Notes: generated by a model not told the origin, from the letters alone. DNA of 32,000 nt from Rhodobacter capsulatus SB 1003 (GCF_000021865.1 NC_014034.1:60001-92000); one strand, 5' to 3'; positions 8,780 through 18,410 are shown, counted from the first letter of the stretch. Numbers and translations: made by a program.

Positions 8780-9147
8780 GGCGCAAGGATCTGGACTCTC
8801 TGAACAATATCGCCTCGATGATCCGGGACCGCGCCATGACCGATCTGGCGCGGTTGACCCGGCAAAGGCTGGACCTAGAGACGGAGCGGACGCAGATCGC
8901 GCAAGACATGCAGGCCGCCTGGCGCGAGGGCTGCGACAATCTGATGTTGGCGAAAGCCGCCGAGAATTACGAAAAATGGGCGCAGAGGCGCCTTGGCCAG
9001 ATCGCGGAGAGCCTTGCGCAGCTGCAACCGCTGATCGAGGCGCAACGGCAGCGCACCGCTGCGGCCACCGGCCGACATCGCAACCTGGGGGAAATCGCAA
9101 AAAAGATGGTTGCGGAACAACAGGTTGCGAAAGAAAAGCGGCTTTGA
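8776..9147 (+). CDS. hypothetical 123-aa coiled-coil protein translationally coupled to flhB (possible FliJ-like export component)
   Basis: ATGA overlap with the flhB stop (8776..8779). G/C-rich third positions. The sequence has no TM segment and is rich in heptad-like charged/Leu/Gln residues. Confidence 0.6.
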   Translation: MRRKDLDSLNNIASMIRDRAMTDLARLTRQRLDLETERTQIAQDMQAAWREGCDNLMLAKAAENYEKWAQRRLGQIAESLAQLQPLIEAQRQRTAAATGRHRNLGEIAKKMVAEQQVAKEKRL

Positions 9148-9189
9148 CCCGGCGCTCTCGGGCCAGGTCAAAGCTTCGGAAGACCGCGG

Positions 9190-10092
9190 TCAGCCGATCT
9201 GGCTGAGCGCCTGACAAAGGTGGTCAAGGTCATCAAGCGTCCGATAGCGGATCGTCAGGCGGCCGCCCTCGACGCCATCGTGATCGATGCTGACGCTCAT
9301 CCCGATCGTTGCCGAAAGATCCGCTTCCAGCGCACGGGTGTCGGCGTCTTTCTCTCGCGGCGCTCTGGAAGAGGATTTCGACGGCACGCCCGGGCCTGCC
9401 GATGTCTCATCCTTCGCAAGCCTTTCGACGTCGCGCACCGAAAGACCCCTGGCGATGGTTTCCTTGGCCAGGCGCACCGGATCGGTGGCCGTCACCAGCG
9501 CACGCGCATGTCCGGCGGTCAGTTTGCCCTCGCGCAGGAAATCCTGCACTTCTTCGGGAAGATTGAGCAATCGCAACAAGTTGGCAATATGGCTGCGGCT
9601 TTTGGAAAGCGCCTCGGCAAGCTTTTCCTGGGTATGGCCGAAACGATCCATCAGCTGGCGATAGCCCATCGCCTCTTCCAGCGGGTTCAGGTCTGCGCGC
9701 TGGATATTCTCGATGATCGCGACTTCCAGCACTTCGGTATCGGTGAAATCGCGCACGATGACCGGCAATTCATGCAGTTTTGCCAGCTGCGCCGCACGCC
9801 AACGCCGTTCCCCGGCAACGATTTCGAAGCTGTCCTCGCCCTTGGGATGCTTGCGCACGATCAGCGGCTGAATGATGCCCTTTTCGGCAATCGACGCGCG
9901 CAATTCCTCCAGCGCCTCGGGCGCAAAACTGCGCCGGGGTTGATCCGGATTCGGAACGATCTTTTCGATCGGAACAAGCATATCCTTGCGCCGCGGCGCA
10001 ACCTCGGCTTCAGCGGCGGGGATCTGAACATCCGCCATCAGCGCCGACAGGCCCCGGCCCAGGCCCCGACGTTCGGGTTTTCTCTCGTTCAT
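9190..10092 (-). CDS. parB: chromosome partitioning protein ParB
   Basis: 300-aa ORF. It shows the ParB N-terminal box [19 protein letters not shown] and ..[10 protein letters not shown].., plus an HTH region. It forms an ATGA overlap with the parA stop. Confidence 0.96.
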   Translation of the reverse strand: MNERKPERRGLGRGLSALMADVQIPAAEAEVAPRRKDMLVPIEKIVPNPDQPRRSFAPEALEELRASIAEKGIIQPLIVRKHPKGEDSFEIVAGERRWRAAQLAKLHELPVIVRDFTDTEVLEVAIIENIQRADLNPLEEAMGYRQLMDRFGHTQEKLAEALSKSRSHIANLLRLLNLPEEVQDFLREGKLTAGHARALVTATDPVRLAKETIARGLSVRDVERLAKDETSAGPGVPSKSSSRAPREKDADTRALEADLSATIGMSVSIDHDGVEGGRLTIRYRTLDDLDHLCQALSQIG

Positions 10093-10910
10093 GCCCTGGC
10101 CTTTCGTTCTTGTGTCGCATGGAGGTCAAGCAGCTCTGCCGCCAGGGACCGATAGGCTTCCGCGCCTTTCGACCCCGCATCATAGCTCAAGACCGGCAAA
10201 GCATAGGATGGCGCCTCGGAAATCCGGACGTTGCGCGGAATCATCGTCCGGAACACCAGCTCGCCCAGCGTCCCCCGCGCATCGGCTTCGACCTGCTGCG
10301 ACAGGTTGTTGCGCACATCATACATGGTCAGCACCACACCCTCGATCCGCAGGTCGCGATTCGCGGTCTGGCGCACCTCCCGGATCGTCAGCATCAGCTG
10401 CGACAACCCCTCAAGCGCGAAGAACTCTGCCTGCAGCGGCACCAAAACCGATTGCGCCGCAACCATCGCGTTGACGGTGAGCAGATTGAGCGACGGCGGG
10501 CAGTCGATCAGAACATAGTCCAGCCGAAGCAGGTCGATATCGGTCTGACGCAGCGCATCATGCAGCAGAAAGGTGCGCTTTTCAGACGACACAAGCTCCA
10601 TATCCGCGGAAGACAGGTCGGTCGTCGCAGGAGAGATCAACAGCCCGTCAAAGGCGGTTTTCTGGACGACCTCCGACAGCGGCGCCTCTCCGAACAGCAG
10701 GTCATAGGTGCTGAACTTGCGATCAGCCGCCTCGATTCCAAGACCTGTCGAGGCGTTCCCTTGCGGATCAAGATCAACCAGCAGCACGCGGCAACCGCGC
10801 TCGGCCATCGCGGCGGCCAGGTTGATCGCGGTCGTCGTCTTGCCAACGCCGCCCTTCTGGTTCGCGATGGCAATGATTCTTGGCTGAGTCGGGCGAATGG
10901 GATCAGGCAC
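10089..10910 (-). CDS. parA: chromosome partitioning ATPase ParA (Soj)
   Basis: 273-aa ORF with a GTG start at 10910 and the deviant Walker [21 protein letters not shown]. It overlaps the rsmG stop by 8 nt. Confidence 0.96.
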   Translation of the reverse strand: MPDPIRPTQPRIIAIANQKGGVGKTTTAINLAAAMAERGCRVLLVDLDPQGNASTGLGIEAADRKFSTYDLLFGEAPLSEVVQKTAFDGLLISPATTDLSSADMELVSSEKRTFLLHDALRQTDIDLLRLDYVLIDCPPSLNLLTVNAMVAAQSVLVPLQAEFFALEGLSQLMLTIREVRQTANRDLRIEGVVLTMYDVRNNLSQQVEADARGTLGELVFRTMIPRNVRISEAPSYALPVLSYDAGSKGAEAYRSLAAELLDLHATQERKARA

Positions 10911-11493
10911 GGTGCAACCCCTTTATGTTCAGAACGACGGAGTCCGGATCCGTGGCACTGGGTTTCGGTTCGAACGCAAAGGACCATTTCTGCTGCGCCT
11001 GCGCAACCTCTTCCCGCCAGCGATTTCCTTTCGGAAAAAGAGCGATGCCCGCCGGTGACAGGTGACGCTCGGCATAGGCGAGCAGGGTTTCAAGCGGCGC
11101 CAAAGCCCGTGCCGACAGCACATCCGCCTTGAGCGGTTCGAGCGATTCGATCCGTTTGTCAGCCACCACGGCGGACAGCCCCAAATCCCGGACCGCATTG
11201 AGAAGGAACGCCGCCTTGCGCTTGTCACTTTCGACCAGGGTCAGCCGCATGTCGGGAAATTGCTCTTTCGCCAGAACACCGACGACAAGGCCGGGAAATC
11301 CGCCGCCGCTTCCCAGATCGGCCCAATGCTGCGGCGCGTGGTCCACAGATCGCAGAATCTGAGCCGAATCCAGAAAATGACGCGTCCAGACTTCCACAAG
11401 CGTCCGCGGAGAGACCAGATTGATGGCCGGATTCCACTTTTTCAGCAACGCTTTCCAGCCGCTCGAGGCGTTGAATTGTTTCACGTGAAACAT
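10903..11493 (-). CDS. rsmG: 16S rRNA (guanine527-N7)-methyltransferase RsmG (GidB); the 5' end is apparently frameshifted (see findings)
   Basis: The 196-aa ORF from the ATG at 11493 carries ..[43 protein letters not shown].. (SAM methyltransferase). The expected N-terminus ([22 protein letters not shown]) is in a different frame, starting at 11527 with an ATGA overlap onto the mnmG stop. Confidence 0.88.
   Translation of the reverse strand: MFHVKQFNASSGWKALLKKWNPAINLVSPRTLVEVWTRHFLDSAQILRSVDHAPQHWADLGSGGGFPGLVVGVLAKEQFPDMRLTLVESDKRKAAFLLNAVRDLGLSAVVADKRIESLEPLKADVLSARALAPLETLLAYAERHLSPAGIALFPKGNRWREEVAQAQQKWSFAFEPKPSATDPDSVVLNIKGLHRA
11477..11492. other. parS: parS centromere site (perfect palindrome TGTTTCACGTGAAACA)
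   Basis: Read directly from the sequence. It is an exact match to the canonical ParB-binding parS consensus TGTTNCACGTGAAACA, lies 1.4 kb from parB, and sits inside the rsmG 5' end. Confidence 0.9.
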
Positions 11494-11523
11494 CGACCAG
11501 TTTTGCGAAAGCTTCCGACTCGG

Positions 11524-13395
11524 TCATGTCCGCCCGGCCCTTTTGGTCTGGCGAAGCCGTGCAAGAATCAAGGACAGCGCCGCCGGTGTCGCGCCATCGA
11601 CCTGGCTCGCCTGATGCAACGTGCGAGGGGCCGCCGCGCTGAACTTCATCTTCAGCTCATTCGACAGGCCGGACAATGCGCCATAGTCGAAGTCGGCCGG
11701 AATCTCCCAATTCTCGTCGCGACGCATGGCGTCAACATCTCTTTGCTGCCGCAAGATGTAGTTTGCGTAGAGCGCCTCGATCGAAAGCTGCGTCGCGATG
11801 TCGGGTGCAATCGCGTTCAGATCGGGAAACGACTCCCGAAGCTGCCCGAACGTGACGTCCGGAAAGGCGAGCAATTGAAACGCCGACCGCTTCACCCCAT
11901 CCTGATTCAGCGCAAGACCAAGTGAGATCGCCTGCCCCGGGGTCAGCACGATCCCGTCCAGGATGCCCTTTCCGGCGGCCATCTTCTCCATCTTTTCGTC
12001 AAACCTGCGCTGACGCTCCTCTCCCACGCAACCAATCTCGACTCCGCGCGGGGTAAGGCGCTGATCCGCATTGTCCGCACGCAGGAAAAGCCGAAATTCA
12101 GCACGCGATGTGAACATGCGATAGGGCTCGCTGACCCCCCTGCTCACCAAATCATCAATCATGACGCCGATATAGGAATCGGTCCTGCTGAACGTCACAG
12201 GATCCCGACGCAGGGCCTTGCTGGCTGCGTTCAATCCCGCGACCATCCCCTGTGCTGCTGCCTCTTCGTAACCCGTGGTGCCGTTGATCTGACCGGCCAG
12301 AAACAGACCTTCCTGGTCACGCAATTCAAGCGTCAGCTTCAGCGCCCTGGGATCCACGTAATCATATTCGATCGCGTATCCCGGCTGCAAAATGCGTGCC
12401 CGTTCCAGTCCGCGGATCGACTGCACATATCTCTCCTGCACATCCGCGGGCAAGGAGGTCGAAATCCCGTTCGGATAAACGGTATCATCGTCCAGCCCCT
12501 CCGGCTCAAGAAAGACCTGATGCGAGGTCTTGTCGGCGAACCGCACAACCTTGTCTTCGATCGAGGGACAGTACCGCGGCCCGACGCCCTCGATATGACC
12601 GCCATACATGGCGGATCGTTGCAGGTTTTCCCGAATCACCTCATGCGTCGATTCGTTCGTATGGGTGATGCCACAGGCGATCTGACGGACAAAGGGGCCG
12701 GTGCTCAGGAAGCTCAGCATCACCGGATCTTCGTCGCCGGGCTGCTTTTCCAGACTATCCCAGTCGATGCTCCGCCCATCCAGGCGCGGCGGCGTTCCGG
12801 TCTTCAGGCGACCGACAGCGGGCGCAATCTCGCGCAACCTTTGCGACAACGGCACCGAGGGCCGATCCCCGACCCGGCCACCCGGCGATTGCTGATCGCC
12901 GATATGGATCACACCGTTCAGGAAAGTCCCCGTTGTCAGCACGACAGAGGGCGCAAAGATTTCGGATCCGTCCATCAGCCGCACACCAGATATGGTGGTC
13001 CCGGCCAGAAGCAGATCGGTCACTTCGCCTTCGACCACGTCCAGAAGCGGTTGCGTTGCGCAAAGCTCGGCAATCGCCAGGCGATAGAGCTTGCGATCCG
13101 CCTGCGTCCGCGGCCCCTGCACCGCCGGGCCCTTGCGGCGGTTCAAAAGCCGAAACTGGATGCCGGCGCGATCGGCAGCCTTGCCCATCACGCCATCCAT
13201 CGCATCGACTTCCCGGACCAGATGCCCCTTGCCCAACCCGCCAATCGCCGGATTGCACGACATCACGCCAATCGCCTCGCGCCGCATCGTCACAAGGACC
13301 GTTCGGGCCCCAAGCCGGGCAGAGGCATGGGCAGCCTCGGTCCCGGCGTGGCCACCTCCGACAACAATGACGTCAAAATGTTTCACGTGAAACAC
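11524..13395 (-). CDS. mnmG: tRNA uridine-5-carboxymethylaminomethyl modification enzyme MnmG (GidA)
   Basis: The 623-aa ORF starts at the GTG at 13395 (..[21 protein letters not shown].., FAD-binding GxGxxG). The second GTG at 13386 is better spaced from the AGGAG (8 nt, versus 0 nt for 13395), so the true start is probably 13386. Confidence 0.95.
   Translation of the reverse strand: MFHVKHFDVIVVGGGHAGTEAAHASARLGARTVLVTMRREAIGVMSCNPAIGGLGKGHLVREVDAMDGVMGKAADRAGIQFRLLNRRKGPAVQGPRTQADRKLYRLAIAELCATQPLLDVVEGEVTDLLLAGTTISGVRLMDGSEIFAPSVVLTTGTFLNGVIHIGDQQSPGGRVGDRPSVPLSQRLREIAPAVGRLKTGTPPRLDGRSIDWDSLEKQPGDEDPVMLSFLSTGPFVRQIACGITHTNESTHEVIRENLQRSAMYGGHIEGVGPRYCPSIEDKVVRFADKTSHQVFLEPEGLDDDTVYPNGISTSLPADVQERYVQSIRGLERARILQPGYAIEYDYVDPRALKLTLELRDQEGLFLAGQINGTTGYEEAAAQGMVAGLNAASKALRRDPVTFSRTDSYIGVMIDDLVSRGVSEPYRMFTSRAEFRLFLRADNADQRLTPRGVEIGCVGEERQRRFDEKMEKMAAGKGILDGIVLTPGQAISLGLALNQDGVKRSAFQLLAFPDVTFGQLRESFPDLNAIAPDIATQLSIEALYANYILRQQRDVDAMRRDENWEIPADFDYGALSGLSNELKMKFSAAAPRTLHQASQVDGATPAALSLILARLRQTKRAGRT
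13379..13394. other. parS: parS centromere site (perfect palindrome TGTTTCACGTGAAACA)
   Basis: Second exact copy. It lies at the mnmE-stop / mnmG-start junction and covers both candidate mnmG GTG start codons. Confidence 0.9.
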
Positions 13396-13398
13396 TCC

Positions 13399-14682
13399 TC
13401 ACTTGCCGATGCAGAAACTGGAAAAGATCTCGTCAAGCAGGTTCTCGACATCGACCCGTCCCAGCAGCGATTCCAACGCCCGAACACCTGTCCTGCAATG
13501 CTCTGCTGCAAGATCCAGACGTTCAAGACCATGACCCAGCTCTTCCAGGGCCGATTCCAAAGCGCCAGAGGCGCGCCCCAGACAATCGCGATGGCGTTCC
13601 CGCGTCATCACCCCGGCCCCCGCCGCCCGTGCGGACAGCCGCTCGGTGATCGCCGCAACCAGCGCATCCACGCCCTCGCCAGTCTTTCCCGAGACGCGCA
13701 GATCCCCCGACCCGCCAAGATCGGCCTTGCCTTGCACGACCAGATCATCCCCGATCGGTTGCAACAGCGGAATATCGCCGTCATCAAGCAGAAATACCCG
13801 CAAATCGGCCCGTTTCGCCCGCTCGATCGCTCGTGCAACCCCGATCGCTTCGACCTGATCCTCGGTATCGCGCAACCCTGCCGTATCCAGCAAGGTCACC
13901 GCAAGCCCCGAAAGATCCATCCGAACCTCGATCACATCGCGCGTGGTCCCGGCCACTTCCGAGGTGATCGCCGCTTCTCGCCCGGCAAGCGCGTTCAGAA
14001 GCGTCGATTTCCCGGCATTCGGCCGCCCGACGATCGCAACTTCAAAGCCTTCCCGCACCCGTTCGGTCACCGAAATCCGGCCGATTTCCGCCGAAAACTG
14101 CGCCGCAACCTCGGACAGCAGCGCAAAAGCCTCCGGCGTCACATCAACCGGCAGGTCTTCATCGGCGAAATCGATGCAGGCCTCCATCAGCGCCGCCGCC
14201 CGGATCAGCTTGCTGCGCCAGGTCTCGACCATCCGCCCGACCGAGCCCGACAGCACCGCCAAAGCCTGTTTCCGCTGTGCCTCGGTCTCGGCCTCGATCA
14301 GATCCGCCAGCCCTTCGACCTGCGACAGATCCAGCCGACCGCTCTCCATCGCCCGCCGGGTGAATTCCCCGGGCTCGGCCAACCGCAAAAACCCCAGTGA
14401 CCCAAGCGCTTTCAGAACCGCCGCAACCGTGGCAAGGGCGCCATGCAGATGCAGTTCCGCCGATTCCTCGCCGGTGAAGCTGCGCCCCGCCTCGAAACAC
14501 AGCACCAAAGCTTCGTCCAGCGCATCCGCGCCGATCCGCAACAGCCGAACGGCGGCCTGCCGCGGCGCGGGCAGACGGCCGCACAGGGCCGCCACCGCCT
14601 CCCAGGCGCGCGGCCCGGACAGGCGAATGACAGCAACGCCGGCCTTGCCGCGGCCGGATGCCTGCGCATAGATCGTGTCCAT
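13399..14682 (-). CDS. mnmE: tRNA modification GTPase MnmE (TrmE)
   Basis: 427-aa ORF with N-terminus [23 protein letters not shown], the G-domain motif [14 protein letters not shown], and the C-terminal FCIGK motif. Confidence 0.96.
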   Translation of the reverse strand: MDTIYAQASGRGKAGVAVIRLSGPRAWEAVAALCGRLPAPRQAAVRLLRIGADALDEALVLCFEAGRSFTGEESAELHLHGALATVAAVLKALGSLGFLRLAEPGEFTRRAMESGRLDLSQVEGLADLIEAETEAQRKQALAVLSGSVGRMVETWRSKLIRAAALMEACIDFADEDLPVDVTPEAFALLSEVAAQFSAEIGRISVTERVREGFEVAIVGRPNAGKSTLLNALAGREAAITSEVAGTTRDVIEVRMDLSGLAVTLLDTAGLRDTEDQVEAIGVARAIERAKRADLRVFLLDDGDIPLLQPIGDDLVVQGKADLGGSGDLRVSGKTGEGVDALVAAITERLSARAAGAGVMTRERHRDCLGRASGALESALEELGHGLERLDLAAEHCRTGVRALESLLGRVDVENLLDEIFSSFCIGK

Positions 14683-14709
14683 CGAAATCCCTCTCGGGGC
14701 AACGATACC

Positions 14710-15978
14710 TCAGCCGTTCATCGAATCGAAGAACTCGCCGTTGGTTTTCGTCTGCTTCAGCTTCGAAATCAGGAATTCGATCGCATCCGTGGTCCCCATC
14801 GGGTTCAGGATGCGGCGCAGCAGATAGGTTTTCTGCAGGTCTTTCTGATCGACCAGCAGATCTTCCTTCCGCGTACCCGATTTGAGAATGTCCATCGCCG
14901 GGAAGACGCGCTTGTCGGCGACCTTCCGATCCAGCACGATCTCGCTGTTGCCGGTGCCCTTGAATTCCTCGAAGATCACCTCGTCCATCCGCGAGCCGGT
15001 GTCGATCAGCGCCGTCGCAATGATCGTCAGCGAGCCGCCCTCTTCGATGTTCCGCGCCGCGCCAAAGAAGCGCTTCGGCCGCTGCAGCGCATTCGCATCC
15101 ACACCGCCGGTCAGAACCTTGCCGGAGCTGGGCACGACGGTGTTGAAAGCCCGCCCAAGTCTTGTGATCGAATCAAGCAAGATCACAACATCTCGCTTAT
15201 GTTCCACCAGACGCTTGGCCTTTTCGATCACCATCTCGGCCACCGCCACGTGCCGCGTCGCCGGTTCGTCGAAGGTCGAGGAGATCACCTCGCCCTTCAC
15301 CGAGCGCTGCATGTCGGTGACTTCCTCGGGACGTTCGTCGATCAGCAGCACGATCAGGTAGCATTCGGGGTGGTTCACCTCGATCGAATGCGCGATGTTC
15401 TGCAGCAGCACGGTTTTCCCGGTGCGCGGCGGTGCCACGATCAGCGAGCGTTGCCCCTTCCCGATCGGCGCCACCAGATCGATGATCCGCGCCGAGCGAT
15501 CCTTGATCGTCGGGTCTTCGATCTCCATCTTCAGCCGCTCGTCGGGATAAAGCGGCGTCAGGTTGTCGAAGCTGACCTTGTGACGCGCCTTTTCGGGATC
15601 TTCGAAGTTGATCTTCTCAACCGCGGTCAGCGCGAAATAGCGTTCATTCTCGCCCGGCGCGCGGATGATCCCCCAGACGGTATCGCCGGTGCGCAGGCTG
15701 TATTGCCGGATCATCTCGGGCGACACGTAGATGTCATCCGGGCCGGGCAGATAGTTCGCCTCGGGCGAGCGCAGGAAGCCGAACCCGTCCTGCAGCACTT
15801 CCAGCACGCCATCGCCGCCGATCTCGACCCCTTCCTCGGCATGCTCTTTCAGGATCGAGAACATCATCTCGCCCTTGCGCATCGTCGAGGCGTTTTCGAT
15901 CTCCCAGTCCTCGGCCATCGCCAGAAGGTCCTTGGGGCTCTTCGCCTTGAGATCGGAAAGGTTCAAACGTTCGGTCAT
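14710..15978 (-). CDS. rho: transcription termination factor Rho
   Basis: ORF 14710..16089 trimmed to the ATG at 15978 ([31 protein letters not shown]..), giving 422 aa. The Walker A region is [15 protein letters not shown]. Confidence 0.96.
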   Translation of the reverse strand: MTERLNLSDLKAKSPKDLLAMAEDWEIENASTMRKGEMMFSILKEHAEEGVEIGGDGVLEVLQDGFGFLRSPEANYLPGPDDIYVSPEMIRQYSLRTGDTVWGIIRAPGENERYFALTAVEKINFEDPEKARHKVSFDNLTPLYPDERLKMEIEDPTIKDRSARIIDLVAPIGKGQRSLIVAPPRTGKTVLLQNIAHSIEVNHPECYLIVLLIDERPEEVTDMQRSVKGEVISSTFDEPATRHVAVAEMVIEKAKRLVEHKRDVVILLDSITRLGRAFNTVVPSSGKVLTGGVDANALQRPKRFFGAARNIEEGGSLTIIATALIDTGSRMDEVIFEEFKGTGNSEIVLDRKVADKRVFPAMDILKSGTRKEDLLVDQKDLQKTYLLRRILNPMGTTDAIEFLISKLKQTKTNGEFFDSMNG

Positions 15979-16111
15979 CTCGCATCCATCCGCGAAAGGC
16001 GCCGGGACCCCTCGGGGCGGCGCAGCATGGGTCAGGGTTCGGCAGAACCTGCGGCCGGACGGCCGGGGCTGCGGCGCTTCTACGCCCAAAGCCCGCGGCG
16101 AGTCAACGAAA

Positions 16112-16588
16112 TCAGAACTTCACGATCACCGCGATCACGATCAGGAACATCAGCAGCGTCGGCACTTCGTTCATCATCCGCCATTGCCGACCGGCCAGAT
16201 CATTCGTGCCATCGACGAATTTGTGCCGGGCCCGTGCCAGGAACATGTGAAACACCGTCATCGCGATCACGCAGGCGCCCTTGATCCAGGGCCATTGCAT
16301 GCTCCAGTCGATGATGCCGGGCGTGAACACCAGGCAAAGCCCGAAAAACCAGGTCGAGATCGCCGCCGGGTTCATGATCGCCTTGAGCAGCATCCGTTCC
16401 TGATGCTGAAACAGCAGGTCCATCTCGCTGCCACGGACGACGCCCTGCTTTTTCAGGCCTTCGACGTGGTAAACGTAAAGCCGCGGCAGATAGAACAGCC
16501 CCGCCATCCAGGCCAGGACCGACATCACATGCAGCGATTTCGTCCAGAAATACCAATCGGAAAGGAAATCCGTGACGAGTTCGAACAT
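16112..16588 (-). CDS. hemJ: protoporphyrinogen IX oxidase HemJ (UPF0093 / CopD-like membrane protein)
   Basis: 158-aa, 4-TM protein (..[25 protein letters not shown]..) that matches the HemJ family pattern from memory. A GGAGG lies upstream of the ATG at 16588. Confidence 0.8.
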   Translation of the reverse strand: MFELVTDFLSDWYFWTKSLHVMSVLAWMAGLFYLPRLYVYHVEGLKKQGVVRGSEMDLLFQHQERMLLKAIMNPAAISTWFFGLCLVFTPGIIDWSMQWPWIKGACVIAMTVFHMFLARARHKFVDGTNDLAGRQWRMMNEVPTLLMFLIVIAVIVKF

Positions 16589-16983
16589 CTGTGCCTCCTG
16601 TGTCGGCTTCTTCTTAAGAATAATTCTTGAAAAGAAAAGATGTTGATTTTGTAGGGGCTGTGGACAGTGTGGATAGCCCGGTTTTCCAGACCTTTTCCCA
16701 AGCCTTGAAAGCTCTGCAAGCCAGATTGCAAAACCCTGTTGATAAGCTTTCGATCTCGTTTCAGATCAACGGCTTGCGTGGTTGATACCGAAGGGGACGG
16801 ATTGGGGGCGTTCCGTTTTGTTCTTGTGGGTTGCGGCACTTCCTCACATCTGCCCTCTCGGCCTTCCCACATGCGGAGAGTCTCCTTTCGTTCCTTGACA
16901 AACGCGCCCCTTCCCGGGGAGGAAATCTTGCGCCCCCCTTTCTCCCCAGGCGTCGCCCTCCGGTTTTCCCAACGGTGGTCCAC
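16589..16983. other. oriC: candidate chromosomal origin of replication (oriC): AT-rich tract plus a DnaA-box-like cluster in the divergent hemJ/maf gap
   Basis: The tract 16611..16650 has only 8 G/C in 40 nt. DnaA-box-like 9-mers: TGTGGACAG at 16659..16667, TGTGGATAG at 16668..16676, TGTTGATAA at 16737..16745, and TGGTCCACA at 16976..16984. Genes diverge from this gap on both sides, and parS sites lie 3-5 kb away. Confidence 0.6.
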
Positions 16984-17583
16984 ATGCTGGCCCCCCTTGT
17001 TCTGGCCTCTTCCTCCGAAATCCGCGCGCAGCTTCTGCGTTCTGCCGGGCTTTCGGTGACGATCTCCCCCGCCCGCATCGATGAAGAGGCGATCCGCCAG
17101 GCGCTTGATCTCGAGGGCGCCAAGCCCCGCGATGTCGCCGATCAGCTGGCCGAGGCGAAAGCGATGAAGCAATCCGCCCGCCATCCCGGCGCGCTGGTTT
17201 TCGGCGCAGATCAAGTGCTTGAATTGCAAGGCGAAATCTTCGCAAAACCCGAAAGCCCGGATCAGGCGAGGGCGCAGCTACGGGCGCTCTCGGGGCGGAC
17301 GCATCGGCTTTTGTCCGCGCTCGTCGTGGTGCAGGACGGCCGTCCGCTCTGGCGTCATCTGGCCGAAGTGCGCCTGACCATGCATCCGCTCTCCGAGACC
17401 TTCATCGCCGATTATACCGCCCGCAACTGGGAGTCGATCCGCCACGCCGTCGGCTGCTACAAGCTTGAAGAGGAAGGCGTGCGCTTGTTTTCCGCCGTCG
17501 AGGGCGATTACTTTGCCGTTCTGGGCCTGCCCCTGATCGAGGTTCTGAACTGGCTGCGCGCCCGAGGAGATCTGACGACATGA
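16984..17583 (+). CDS. maf: Maf-like nucleoside triphosphate pyrophosphatase
   Basis: ORF 16831..17583 trimmed to the ATG at 16984 ([23 protein letters not shown]..), giving 199 aa, the typical Maf length and N-terminus. Confidence 0.88.
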   Translation: MLAPLVLASSSEIRAQLLRSAGLSVTISPARIDEEAIRQALDLEGAKPRDVADQLAEAKAMKQSARHPGALVFGADQVLELQGEIFAKPESPDQARAQLRALSGRTHRLLSALVVVQDGRPLWRHLAEVRLTMHPLSETFIADYTARNWESIRHAVGCYKLEEEGVRLFSAVEGDYFAVLGLPLIEVLNWLRARGDLTT

Positions 17584-18410
17584 CCCGCATTCCCCTGGCT
17601 GGGGTGATCGGCCATCCGATCCATCATTCCCGCTCGCCCGCGCTGCATGGGCACTGGCTGAAAACCTATGGAATCCGCGGCCATTACATCCCGATGGACG
17701 TGGCCGAGGGCGATCTGGAAGCCGTGCTGCGGACGCTTCCCAAAGCCGGGTTCGTCGGCTGCAACATCACCATTCCGCACAAGGAAACCGCGCTGGCCCT
17801 GGCCGATGTGGTTTCCGACCGCGCCGCCCGGATCGGCGCGGCCAACACGCTGGTTTTCGATGAAACCGGCCGCATTCACGCCGACAACACCGATGGTATC
17901 GGCTTTCTCGCCAATCTGATCGAGGGCGCCCCGGGCTGGCAGGCCAAGGCTGGCCCCGCCGCCGTCATCGGCGCAGGCGGTGCCGCCCGCGCCATCGTCG
18001 TCGCCCTGCTCGAGGCCGGTTGCCCGGGGATCCGCATTTCCAACCGCACCCGCACCCGGGCCGAGGTGCTTTGCGCCGAATTCGGCCCCCGCGTCGTGGT
18101 TCAGGATTGGGAGAAGGTCGGGATGATCTTCGACGGCGCCGCAACCGTGGTCAACACCTCTTCGCTCGGCATGGCCGGCAAGGCCGCCTTCGACCTGACG
18201 CTGGATGCGCTTTCCCCGACCGCGGTCGTCACCGACTGCGTCTACACCCCCCTGCGCACCGATTTCCTGACCGCCGCCGCCGCCCGCGGCTGTGTCACCG
18301 TCGACGGCCTTGGCATGCTCCTGCATCAGGCCGTCCCCGGCTTTGAACGCTGGTTCGGCCGCCGCCCCGAGGTCACCCCGGAATTGCGCGCCGTGGTTCT
18401 GGCGGCATGA
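17580..18410 (+). CDS. aroE: shikimate 5-dehydrogenase
   Basis: 276-aa ORF with an ATGA overlap with maf. Motifs: ..[17 protein letters not shown].., [16 protein letters not shown]. Confidence 0.94.
   Translation: MTRIPLAGVIGHPIHHSRSPALHGHWLKTYGIRGHYIPMDVAEGDLEAVLRTLPKAGFVGCNITIPHKETALALADVVSDRAARIGAANTLVFDETGRIHADNTDGIGFLANLIEGAPGWQAKAGPAAVIGAGGAARAIVVALLEAGCPGIRISNRTRTRAEVLCAEFGPRVVVQDWEKVGMIFDGAATVVNTSSLGMAGKAAFDLTLDALSPTAVVTDCVYTPLRTDFLTAAAARGCVTVDGLGMLLHQAVPGFERWFGRRPEVTPELRAVVLAA

Noticed and set aside
16077-16106. Possible rho promoter (minus strand TTGACT-N17-GTAGAA) in the hemJ-rho spacer.
   Set aside because: The -10 element is poor (no TAnnnT), so I cannot support it from sequence alone. 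rho may be read through from hemJ or use a promoter I cannot recognise.
12520-16284. Two plus-strand ORFs of 626 and 613 aa (12520..14400 and 14443..16284), plus ORFs at 9220..10155, 10110..11132 and 11062..11925.
   Set aside because: They run antisense to mnmG, mnmE, rho, parB, parA and rsmG. They show the same low-complexity Arg/Pro/Gly/His composition and are high-GC artefacts.
16614-16628. CtrA box (TTAA-N7-TTAA) in the candidate origin.
   Set aside because: Only the first half-site is present: TTAA at 16614..16617, and 7 nt later the sequence is TCTT. I found no full TTAA-N7-TTAA site in the gap or upstream of the flagellar operon.
16831-16983. N-terminal extensions offered by the ORF track: maf from 16831, rho to 16089, fliR from 6642, nadA from 19717, nadB from 20541, ctpA to 25207, the envC-like gene to 26514, gpmI to 27887, rlmH to 28447, and the DUF2125-like gene from 218.
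   Set aside because: The extensions are non-homologous, low-complexity sequence. In each case an internal ATG or GTG gives the canonical family N-terminus together with an RBS or a stop/start overlap with the upstream gene. The maf extension would also run through the candidate origin.
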